Positions 37,007 through 46,010 are shown, numbered from the stretch's first letter. The stretch is 64,000 nucleotides of DNA from an uncultured delta proteobacterium (GCA_963695875.1 CAVOID010000015.1:1-64000), one strand, 5' to 3'. Translations and numbers: made by a program. The notes: generated by a model from the sequence alone, not told the origin.

Positions 37007-37372
37007 ATGATGCACACATCAAGATTTCAGGATTATGGATTGATGGTTGGTCTTTGCGTGCTTCTGATGCTTCTGCTCTCATGTGAGTCCAAGGATAAAT
37101 ACGCGGGAGTATACAAAGCGGTGGGGAATGAGTCGGTGAAGCAGGGGGAGACCGTCTTGGAATTGAAGGGGAATGGGGATGGTCTGTGGAGAGTGGCCTC
37201 TGATGAGGTAGCGGGAACCTTCGTAGAGGTCCCCTTTGTGTGGTACATCAAGCAGGGGGAGTTGCGGGTGAACACCAGAGCAGGGGGAGTGATTGTGGGG
37301 AAGATAGGGAAGGACACCATTCAGATGACCCTCCCAGGCTCCAAAGTGATGACCTTCAAGAAGATCCAATAA
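37007..37372 (+). CDS. small lipoprotein of unknown function
   Basis: Lipobox LLSC followed by a beta-rich domain. Confidence 0.7.
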   Translation: MMHTSRFQDYGLMVGLCVLLMLLLSCESKDKYAGVYKAVGNESVKQGETVLELKGNGDGLWRVASDEVAGTFVEVPFVWYIKQGELRVNTRAGGVIVGKIGKDTIQMTLPGSKVMTFKKIQ

Positions 37373-37398
37373 GTCCAGAGGTCGAATCTCGGAAGCAG

Positions 37399-37827
37399 CT
37401 ATCTATTCCCATTGGGTTCGACTGGATACTTCGCTACCTCCCAGGCCCTCCATCCGCCCTTCAATGCGTATATCTTCTTGTATCCTTTCTCCATGAACTG
37501 CAGTGCCGCACGGGCACTGGTCGCTTCATCGTGTCACTTACAATAAAAAACTAATGTTTTCTCTTTTGGATACTTGTTGATCCAGGAGGTAAGATAGCGG
37601 ACGTCCTCGTGAACAGCCCCCTTGATCTTGTTCTTGCTGTTCTCCCAGTCGTGGACCGTCCTCACATCGATAACGATGACATCGGGATTCACAAGCTGCG
37701 CTTTCAGCCCATCAATAGACATCTTCTGCACACTCTCGGGGGTGAGCTCCGTCGCGGCGAAACTAACCGTTCCCGCGAAACCCACCGCAAGCACCATCAA
37801 GGCCAGAAAGAATACTGTTTTTCTCAT
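37399..37827 (-). CDS. exported rhodanese-domain selenoprotein (C-K-U; Sec at the in-frame UGA 37536-37534), 142 aa
   Basis: Reading through the UGA gives HDEATSARAALQFMEKGYKKIYALKGGWRAWEVAKYPVEP and completes the rhodanese fold. A SECIS-like hairpin lies at 37501-37519. Confidence 0.9.
37501..37519 (-). other. putative bacterial SECIS element (CAGUGCC-CGUGC-GGCACUG)
   Basis: 7 bp stem; the loop follows 21 nt after the UGA. Confidence 0.8.
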
Positions 37828-38052
37828 TTATCCCTCCTTTTGCGCCGGTCAATTGTTAAGGGTTACTTCTTAAGTCTCTTCTCATATTTTTTGGAAGGTC
37901 ATTTATGGCTACTGTAAGTAAATCGGCTGGGTTCTTGTCATGCTCAACGGCAACAAATCTTAGTTTCTTTATAAACGTGCTAATCAAGACGAAATGATAC
38001 CACTTTTCAGATAGTCTTGAGCGTGTATTAATCACCCCGCATCGCTTCAAGA

Positions 38053-38364
38053 TTACTGGATGATCTGCGGTTTCCCTTCGATCGGGAATTCTTGCTTGGC
38101 CAGACCCTCTACAATCTTCTCGATACTGGTTTTTGCATCGTCGAATTTTACCGTGACTTCGTGAGTTAATTGGTTCGCATCATATTGCAGCACGCCCGGG
38201 ATTTCCTTCAGGGTAGCACGTACCCATTTAGCCGAGTCCGGTCACTCACATCCGGGAACTACCATTTTGACAATTCTTTCGGCAGCAAAAATGGGTTGTG
38301 ATGCGACGAGCAGGAACATCACACTCAAAAGACAGACGATCAGGGAATGTTTACTCCGCTTCAT
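38053..38364 (-). CDS. exported HMA/MerP-CopZ-like selenoprotein (G-C-E-U; Sec41 at 38244-38242), 103 aa; absent from the ORF track
   Basis: MKRSKHSLIVCLLSVMFLLVASQPIFA signal peptide, AERIVKMVVPGCE-U-PDSAKWVRATLKEIPGV...VTVKFDDAKTSIEKIVEGL HMA pattern, GAGGGG RBS, and a SECIS-like hairpin. Confidence 0.85.
38211..38225 (-). other. putative SECIS element (GGGUA-CGUGC-UACCC)
   Basis: Same loop and 21 nt spacing as in the rhodanese genes, with a different stem sequence. Confidence 0.8.
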
Positions 38365-38983
38365 GGGTATTCCCCTCAATATTTTTGGGTTAGATTATAC
38401 GGATGCCTCTTTCTAAGAGATGGGTCTTCTATACATAGTTTACATTTTTTATTTCTCAAACAAATTGGTTAAATCGGATAGAAGGGTTAAGTGGATAAGA
38501 TATAAATGAACGAATATAATTTTATACTTATGTGAATTTATATAGTGATTCTTCTTCTATGTCAAGCTAATTTTGTCACTAAATATGTCCGGTATAGCTG
38601 TCGATTTCCACGAGTATGCTTGTGAGAGTTTTTCGATGATCGCTGGTAGATATCAGAAGGTCAAGCATTTGTATGAATTTCTCCCCGGTCTCATGATCTC
38701 TAAAAACATAGGGAGAATTCCGTTCTCTAAACTATATGTGCCAACAGAGTAGAAGATTACCGTTAAAAACATTCACTTTCACTGCCCACGTTATGGTACC
38801 TCATAAAAAATAAATCATGCCCCTTCTCTCTTTCAAAAATTACTCTCCGGTGGATGGAAGGATGCTCATATTGGGCAAAAGTCATATCTGGCAAAGATCA
38901 GGACGCATATTTTTTACAGCGAGCAAGGCTCCTCCATGCAGCCGGAAAAAGAAAATGATCAAAGAACCAGATGACCAAATAAC

Positions 38984-39487
38984 CTATTTGGCAGAACGCA
39001 CCGGGAGAACCCGGCTGCTGATGACGTACGACTGGGGATTCCAACTCCGTTCGCCGTACCGGAAATTGAAGACGGCGGCGGCGGAATCGCGCGTCGCCGA
39101 GTTCCATAACCAAAAACAGGTAATATCTATCAACTCCGTTGCGATATGAATATTATAGCTTCGATTGCATGCTCCTGGACGGGATTTACTCGCATCATAC
39201 AGCCCCATCAATTCATCCTGCGTTGGCATCCGCCAGTCCGTATAGCCGCCGCCGCGATAATTCTCGCAATAACTCTTGGCATCCGCCCAGTTTATGTTGC
39301 GTTCATTGTCCTTTGCCGCCCACATTAGGTTCGTCTGTGTGTCCAGGACCGTCCCATCATCATAGGCGATGAAACGACCGTCTCTGGCGATCTCTCCGGC
39401 TGCGGCATATTCTGCAAAAACAAAAGTACCTATATAAAAAACCAACACCATTGCCGCAATGAAAAAGCCCTTTCTCAAGTCAGTCAT
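38984..39487 (-). CDS. exported DUF1566 (Lcl C-terminal) domain protein
   Basis: DGTVLDTQTNLMW, WADAKSYC, GYTDWRMPTQDEL and VLPVR motifs. Confidence 0.85.
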   Translation of the reverse strand: MTDLRKGFFIAAMVLVFYIGTFVFAEYAAAGEIARDGRFIAYDDGTVLDTQTNLMWAAKDNERNINWADAKSYCENYRGGGYTDWRMPTQDELMGLYDASKSRPGACNRSYNIHIATELIDITCFWLWNSATRDSAAAVFNFRYGERSWNPQSYVISSRVLPVRSAK

Positions 39488-39500
39488 ACGTTCACCTCTC

Positions 39501-39600
39501 ATAATTCTAATCTCTAGGGGTTAAATTTCCCTAAGCTTACTTCGCTCGTAAAGGACCCGAACCTTCAGATACCCCGCAGCTTGCTGCCAGGGTAGTTCAT
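39501..39600. repeat. second copy of the palindromic intergenic repeat
   Basis: ATACCCCGCAGCTTGCTGCCAGGGTAG, related to 28318-28404. Confidence 0.55.
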
Positions 39601-39706
39601 TTTGTTTTTTCCACTAACCGCTTGGCTTTCCGGCGTTGCCACAGTATTTCAACGATGTATCCGTAGGCTCCAGCCACTCACAAAAATTGACGGATGATTA
39701 AGACAC

Positions 39707-39738
39707 AAAACCCCGCTCTCGCTTGAGAAACGGGGTTT
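39707..39738 (-). terminator. intrinsic terminator-like hairpin
   Basis: AAACCCCG...CGGGGTTT stem with a T-tract on the minus strand. Confidence 0.5.
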
Positions 39739-40125
39739 CGATAAGCTCTTCATGGCACCACCCTTACAAAAAGGGTTCAGACTAGTTGTTAACCTTTTGA
39801 CGATGCCCTATTTAAATATGATTATTTTTTGCTCTCAATTCTTTGAAAAGTCAAGAGACAAATTTCATTGATAATCATTTGAAAGGATGTATATCTATCA
39901 AAACCACGGGACACTGCCTTCACCCTCAGAATCTATTATCCATGAGACCTAACGATTACCATTGTAAGAATCAATATTTCCCTAACATTAATGGTTAGGA
40001 GGAAGTAGCGGATTATCGCTGTCACCCGAGAGCTGTGCAGATCAATTTGAAAGCGATTATCATGACAAGTCGCTAAGACGAAAAATCAAAAAACCTATTA
40101 CCGAGGTTACAATAAGAAAATTAAT

Positions 40126-40557
40126 TTATTTAGGTTCGATTGGATACCCCGCATCCGTCCAGGCATGAAAACCACGCTTGAGGGCGCTTACCTTTTTAAA
40201 GCCATTGTCCAATAATATCTGTGCCGCACGGGCACTTGTCGCTTCATCGTGTCAGGTACAGTATGTAATGATCTCTTTGTCCCTCGGCAGTTCGTTGCTT
40301 CTGACCTCCAGTTGAACTATGGGAATCCTGATGGCCCCTCTTATCCTGATCTTGCTATCGGCATATTCTCGTCCCGCTCGGACATCAACAATCACTATGT
40401 CCTCACCTTTATCCATCTTAGCCTTCAGTTCCTGCACTGTGATTCTTGGAACTACATCGTCTGCAGATAAAACAACCGATACGATCAGCTGATTCAGTAC
40501 ACCGAAGAGCAGAGAAAGAAAGAGACCCTTTAAAAACCATCTCATCGCCATCCTCAT
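40126..40557 (-). CDS. second exported rhodanese-domain selenoprotein (C-T-U; UGA at 40254-40252), 143 aa
   Basis: Reading through the UGA gives HDEATSARAAQILLDNGFKKVSALKRGFHAWTDAGYPIEPK then TAA. A SECIS-like hairpin lies at 40221-40235. Confidence 0.9.
40221..40235 (-). other. putative SECIS element (GUGCC-CGUGC-GGCAC)
   Basis: 5 bp stem; the loop follows 21 nt after the UGA. Confidence 0.8.
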
Positions 40558-40689
40558 CTCATCCTTCCGGGGTAAAATGCTTCTTAATTGCTGTGTCTAA
40601 AACTTACTGAATAACAAGTCGAGATCCAGACTTTATTATAATGCATTAAGCCAGCTCAAAAATTGGGTGGGTCGTGGGTTGCTTGTTTA

Positions 40690-41175
40690 TTATTCCTTTT
40701 TTACTGAACGGGGGAAACAGCATTCCCAACTTGGCATACCATCTTCCTCGTTGCGAAGTTTCATGGTGAAATCACCCTTGCTTATTTCCGTGGCAATGAT
40801 CGCATTACCATACTTCTTACCCCTTACTTCAACCTTGTCGCCGGCCATAAATTTGATCTTCTGATTTTCAATGAACCACTTGGGTCCCATATAGACGACA
40901 TACTTGTTATTCTGATCCGTAATGAATCTCATCTGCAGACCGTCTTTCACACCTTTCATCGGCTCAACTCTCGTTACTTTACCGGGCTCCACCACTATTG
41001 CTTCCATTCCCGTAAATGATGTCTCGGCATCAAGTCCGGGAACTCCCAAAGTCCATGCACCCCTTGATACAGGGCCCGAGGACTGAGATGCCTGAGCAAA
41101 CAGCTCTGGTGCGAAAGTCATGCTCACCAAGAACATCATTGCAACTACAACCGTCCAACGTGCTACCTTTCTCAT
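40690..41175 (-). CDS. exported OB-fold-like protein with a C-terminal Cys-Cys
   Basis: AGGAGG RBS, signal peptide, VYMGPKWF...GDKVEVRG...LRNEEDGMPSWECC. Confidence 0.7.
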   Translation of the reverse strand: MRKVARWTVVVAMMFLVSMTFAPELFAQASQSSGPVSRGAWTLGVPGLDAETSFTGMEAIVVEPGKVTRVEPMKGVKDGLQMRFITDQNNKYVVYMGPKWFIENQKIKFMAGDKVEVRGKKYGNAIIATEISKGDFTMKLRNEEDGMPSWECCFPRSVKKE

Positions 41176-41474
41176 ACTTTCCTCCTTGGTATCATTGTTT
41201 TGACCCACCCGATTTCGAGCTTAACGATTTAAAAAATGAACCTTCCATACCTCGTGACATCATCTTGTATCCCCTATGGGGTGATGATCCTGTCCAACAC
41301 TCTGTTCTTTTTTGCGCAATCTGCAGGGATGGCTCCGGTACAAATAATATCTTTTGACTGCTATTAGTGTCAATCTCTAAATGCTGCATCATGCAACAGT
41401 TTATAATCAGGTATAGACTGATTTGTGGCTTCGAAATTCCTGCAGTAATCGCCCAATGTTGCATACAGGAACGG

Positions 41475-41517
41475 AAAAGCCCGAAGCGATTGAGTTGGCA
41501 AAATTGGCTTCGGGCTT
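41475..41517 (-). terminator. strong hairpin / intrinsic terminator
   Basis: AAGCCCGAAGC...GCTTCGGGCTT followed by TTTT on the minus strand. Confidence 0.55.
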
Positions 41518-41618
41518 CTCTGGAAACGACCGGCCTCAAAGAAGGAGGAGGCATGAAAACAAAATATATTTTAATTATAAGCCTTTAGAAAGAGTCAGTC
41601 AATCCTTTTTCTATCAGT

Positions 41619-42018
41619 GCTGCTTCGCACATCGTTTTAACCTTATGTCCCTCCTTAATATTTTTAAGCCTGTTTATAATATTAGGTATTTGTTACTATT
41701 ATTATGTATTCCCTGTTTATGGATTGCCTTCCTAAATGGATTAAAAAACACTGAACTTGGGCCGCTAACACCGCCGCGTTAGGGTTGAAGAAGTAATATT
41801 CTTATCATTTAGAATATTGCAGAGTACATTTTCTAGTTATATTGTTATACAGATTCTAAGGTTTAATGGAAGTTATATTATTATTAAATTATAAATAAGA
41901 AAATAGTAAGGCAAAATTACTATTATGACAGGGTCTGCAGGTGGGTTCTGAGATTGACCTTCTGTTCAATTATTCCTAATTTGTCCCTGATGTGACAGCG
42001 ATGCGCACCGACAGCACT
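41619..42018 (-). repeat. copy B of the inverted repeat: LuxR 3' remnant, promoter region and decayed downstream start
   Basis: Encodes SAVGAHRCHIRDKLGIIEQKVNLRTHLQTLS*, compared with SAVSLHRYHIREKLGIIDQKINLRTHLQSLS* in copy A. The downstream ATG is replaced by GTT. Confidence 0.9.
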
Positions 42019-42091
42019 TGCAATCTCCAACACATTTATCATTTGACATTAAAACATTAGAAAATTACACTATAAAAAATCTCAATTTGTT

Positions 42092-44218
42092 ATGAGATTG
42101 CTGTGTTTTTCTTATATACCAGACAGCCATGGTGAAAATGAAGGGAACAGCCCCGTGAAAAATGATTTAAAAACAACTCAGGAACTTGTTGAGGAGCTGG
42201 CTTCTGTAAAACATAGAATTGCAGAGCTGGAGCAAGCTGAGAAGAAACATCTCACAATCATTCAAAATATCCGGGACGGCATCTATATGCTCGACAGCTC
42301 CGGTAAGTTCACATTTGTCAATGATGTGATTATAGAGCGCTCTGGCTTCCCGGCAGAGTGGTTTTTAGGCAGAAGTTATCTCGATGTCGTCAGCACAGAA
42401 GACCGTGAACGCGTGCAGAGCATTTTCAACGCTTCGAAGGATGGGAGAACACGTACTTACGATCTTTATCTTTCTTATCCAACTGCCTCCGGGAAACTTA
42501 TATGTGTCGAGGTGTGTGCAGTGCCTCTCTTAGACGGTGATAAAGTGATTGGTCGGATAGGTATCTCACGTGACGTCACCGAACGTAAACAGATGGAAGA
42601 GGTCTTAAGGGCAAGTGAAACTAGTTTCCGGCGTATTTTCAATCAATCACCCATTGGAGCAGCGATTGTAACACCGAATAATCGTTTTGCCCTCGTTAAT
42701 GAAGCCCTATGTCGCATGATGGGATACACGGAGAAGGAATTAACGTCGTTTACATTCACAGACATCACACACCCCGACCACTTGGCCACTGATACAGAAC
42801 AGGTGAAACGTCTTGTTGCCGGAGAGATCGACGAGTATGCAACCGATAAAAGGTATATTCGCAAGGACGGCGCTGTCATCTGGGGACGATTGTCGGTGCG
42901 GGCAATCAGAGACGCGACGGGCCGTCTTCTTTATTCTTTGCCGTTTGTAGTCGATATCACTGAACGCAAGCAGGCGGAGGAGGCTCTGAAAGAGACAGAA
43001 CGAAGGTTATACGAGATTATTGAGGAGTTAAAAATTGCCAAAGAGTCAGCCGAAGCCGCCACACGTGCAAAGACGGATTTTCTGGCCAACATGAGTCACG
43101 AGATCAGGACACCGATAAATGCGATCATCGGATTATCCAACCTCTTCTGGAATACGGACGTCTCGGTCAAGCAACGCGATTACTTGAACAAAATAGAGAC
43201 TTCGGCCAGGTCCCTGCTGGGAGTCATCAATGATATCCTGGATATCTCCAAAATCGAGGCGGGCAAGCTGGAGATGGAATACGTCGATTTCCGGTTGCAT
43301 GACATCATGAACAACATAACCACCATGTTTTCCGCGAAGGCCATTGAAAAGAGGATCGAACTTATGGTGTCCATAGCAGGGGATGTGCCGTGCGAGTTGT
43401 TGGGAGATCCCTTACGCCTGGAGCAGGTGCTGGTGAATCTAACGGGCAATGCGGTCAAATTCACGGAGTCAGGATTGATTATGGTAAAGGCAGAACTGAT
43501 TGAAAAGGATGCAGTGCGCTGCAGACTGAGATTTTCCGTTATGGATTCCGGCATAGGGATGACCGGAGATGAGATATCCAGGCTCTTTGCGGCCTTCTCT
43601 CAGGCGGACAGTTCCATAACCAGGAAGTTTGGCGGCACGGGTCTTGGCTTGGCCATTTCGAGGCGGCTGGTGGAGATGATGGGTGGGGAGATACATGTGG
43701 AGAGTGAGCCAGACAGAGGCAGCACCTTCACTTTTACGGTGGAGTTCGGATGGCAGCCGGAGGTGTGGGATGATAAAAAAGGAAAGATCGCCGCTCAGCC
43801 AGCGGCGGACTTCACGGGAGCGCGGTTGCTTTTGGTTGAGGATAATCTTATAAATCAGGAGGTAGCGAGAGAGATTCTGGAAGGCGCCGGTTTCGTAGTT
43901 GATGCGGTGAATAATGGCCTTGAAGCGGTGGAGGCAGTGCGCTCAAATGACTATGACGCTGTAGTCATGGATGTGGAGATGCCGGTGATGAGCGGATACG
44001 AAGCCACACGTCTGATCCGGGGAGATGCTCGCAGCAAGGATCTGCCGATCATTGCCATGACCGCTCATGCCCTTCAGGAAGTGCGAGAAGAATGCCTGGC
44101 GGTTGGTATGAACGACTATGTTACAAAGCCGATAGAAAAGGGCTGGGTGTTTTCAGTCCTTAGCCGTTGGGTGAAGCCCCGGTCATTGGTCCGGGACAGT
44201 AAAACGGCAACTGATTAG
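42092..44218 (+). CDS. cytoplasmic PAS-PAS hybrid sensor histidine kinase with receiver domain
   Basis: FLANMSHEIRTP H-box, NLTGNAVKFT, GGTGLGLAI, and receiver motifs LLVEDN, MDVEMP and KP. Start may be the GTG at 42154. Confidence 0.92.
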   Translation: MRLLCFSYIPDSHGENEGNSPVKNDLKTTQELVEELASVKHRIAELEQAEKKHLTIIQNIRDGIYMLDSSGKFTFVNDVIIERSGFPAEWFLGRSYLDVVSTEDRERVQSIFNASKDGRTRTYDLYLSYPTASGKLICVEVCAVPLLDGDKVIGRIGISRDVTERKQMEEVLRASETSFRRIFNQSPIGAAIVTPNNRFALVNEALCRMMGYTEKELTSFTFTDITHPDHLATDTEQVKRLVAGEIDEYATDKRYIRKDGAVIWGRLSVRAIRDATGRLLYSLPFVVDITERKQAEEALKETERRLYEIIEELKIAKESAEAATRAKTDFLANMSHEIRTPINAIIGLSNLFWNTDVSVKQRDYLNKIETSARSLLGVINDILDISKIEAGKLEMEYVDFRLHDIMNNITTMFSAKAIEKRIELMVSIAGDVPCELLGDPLRLEQVLVNLTGNAVKFTESGLIMVKAELIEKDAVRCRLRFSVMDSGIGMTGDEISRLFAAFSQADSSITRKFGGTGLGLAISRRLVEMMGGEIHVESEPDRGSTFTFTVEFGWQPEVWDDKKGKIAAQPAADFTGARLLLVEDNLINQEVAREILEGAGFVVDAVNNGLEAVEAVRSNDYDAVVMDVEMPVMSGYEATRLIRGDARSKDLPIIAMTAHALQEVREECLAVGMNDYVTKPIEKGWVFSVLSRWVKPRSLVRDSKTATD

Positions 44219-44264
44219 AGAGGACCGAACAGGCCGGCAACAATATATTTCTATGGAGCAACAT

Positions 44265-44345
44265 ATGACACAGGATGGGCAGGAAAAGAATTACCGAATA
44301 TTGGTTGTGGACGATGCTTACAAAATATACAGGTTATTGAAAATA
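44265..44345 (+). pseudogene. receiver-domain N-terminal fragment
   Basis: GGAG RBS, then MTQDGQEKNYRILVVDDA, which stops shortly afterwards. Confidence 0.45.
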
Positions 44346-44459
44346 TGTTGCAAAAAGGCGGTACGAGAGGCTGTATCGATTTTTCCGTCCCCATATCCAG
44401 AAGGAGTGATTTGTCTCTGCATATAAACTGTCAGCAAATATTAATAATACAGAATAAGC

Positions 44460-45764
44460 ATGGACTGGCTTCTACATCTCCCCGCATATATTAAAGTAGG
44501 TGGTTCCTTCCTGGGAATTTTGATGCTGAACTATTTTGGTCTGCCCCTGGGTCTGGCTATTCTCCTTTTTTCTATTCTTCTTCCCTTGTGGGCCGGCACA
44601 GGTATGAACGGTCTTTACTACCAGATTGAAAGTTTTTCCCAGCCCCAGAATTATATACTACCCGTGATCATTCTCCTGCTTCTTTTTTTTACCGAATCGC
44701 TGAGCAAAACGGGCCGGATGGAACGCACGATCGGGGCGCTGAAAGAATGGCTGAAGAGCAAGCATATTATCTTGGCTGGACTACCCGCACTGGTGGGACT
44801 ACTTCCTATGCCCGCCGGCGCCCTGTTTTCGGCACCCTTTGTGGCCTCCGTTGATGAAAAAAAAGAACTCGAACTGTCTCACAAAGTCGCCATCAATTAC
44901 TGGTTCCGTCATATCTGGGAATACTGGTGGCCCCTTTACCCCGGTGTAATTCTTGCCATGCAGTACTCGAGACTTCCGGTAATTACCTTTTTTTTAATAC
45001 AGATTCCTTTTACCCTCGCAGCAGTGCTTGGAGGGTATATCTTCATTCTGCGGAGGGTTAAAGGCGAAGATGAGCAGAACCGTGGTTATGGAAAAATGGA
45101 CATCGGTGAAGTCTTCTCGGCAATGGGACCTATCGGACTCCTCGTCACTTTATCGATCCTGGGATCGGCAGTACTGCCCCTTTGGGGCATCGAGGGTACA
45201 CTTGCCAATTTGATAGCCATGCTGATCGGCCTTATCATTGCCCTTGGGTCCATTTTCTCCGGCCACGCTGCGGCATTCAGGCCGTCACTCCGCATGCTTA
45301 AACGTATGGATACCTGGCTCATGATAGCCCTTGTCGTGGGAATACAAGCCTTTTCCGCAGCCCTGCTGTGTCCGTTCAATGCTGGCGGTGACACATTAAT
45401 CACAGGGATGCGCGATGAATTCATCAGAACAGGCATTCCTTTGATCACGGTAATCATGCTTATCCCCTTCATCTCCGGCATGGTGACGGGAGTTGCTTTC
45501 GGCTTTGTCGGCGCCAGTTTCCCGATCGTATTTGCCCTCGTTGGACCGGAACCGTCTCCTGCGCTGTCCGCGGCAACTACGGCCTTTGCCTATTCATTCG
45601 GCTACATGGGAATGATGCTTTCTCCTATGCATGCCTGCTTCGTCGTTACTGCTGAATATTTCTGTACAACTGTTTTTGGCGCTTATCGTTATATTATCGG
45701 GCCGGTAGTCATCATTCTGCTCACAGCGATTGTCCTGTCAGGCATCTATTATATTACATTCTGA
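44460..45764 (+). CDS. DUF401 family (TIGR00529-like) membrane transporter
   Basis: PALVGLLPMPAGALFSAP, NYWFRHIWEYWWPLYPG and SPMHAC motifs; many TM helices. Confidence 0.85.
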   Translation: MDWLLHLPAYIKVGGSFLGILMLNYFGLPLGLAILLFSILLPLWAGTGMNGLYYQIESFSQPQNYILPVIILLLLFFTESLSKTGRMERTIGALKEWLKSKHIILAGLPALVGLLPMPAGALFSAPFVASVDEKKELELSHKVAINYWFRHIWEYWWPLYPGVILAMQYSRLPVITFFLIQIPFTLAAVLGGYIFILRRVKGEDEQNRGYGKMDIGEVFSAMGPIGLLVTLSILGSAVLPLWGIEGTLANLIAMLIGLIIALGSIFSGHAAAFRPSLRMLKRMDTWLMIALVVGIQAFSAALLCPFNAGGDTLITGMRDEFIRTGIPLITVIMLIPFISGMVTGVAFGFVGASFPIVFALVGPEPSPALSAATTAFAYSFGYMGMMLSPMHACFVVTAEYFCTTVFGAYRYIIGPVVIILLTAIVLSGIYYITF

Positions 45765-45929
45765 CAGAGTGGATTTGTGAACCCTTTCATCTATCATAAC
45801 GTGCAGCATCCTGTTTGGAGGAAGGACCACCTTTTCTGAAGTTTGGATGAATATTTCTCTTCCTGATCCTAGAAATTGCACCCCCGTCATTGATGGGAGA
45901 TTACGATCAACAACCCGATCCAATCAAAT

Positions 45930-45960
45930 AAAAAAAGGCAGGGTCTCTCGGCCCTGCCTT
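45930..45960 (-). terminator. intrinsic terminator after pal and the LysM remnant
   Basis: AAGGCAGGG...CCCTGCCTT stem with a T7 tract on the minus strand. Confidence 0.75.
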
Positions 45961-46010
45961 GAACTATCGTGGTTTACGTCCCCTATAGCTATTTACTCTT
46001 CATATCTGCT

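Noticed and set aside
41192..41782. Short ORFs between the OB-fold gene and repeat copy B
   Set aside because: No recognisable motifs; the region is explained by a hairpin and the duplicated promoter region.
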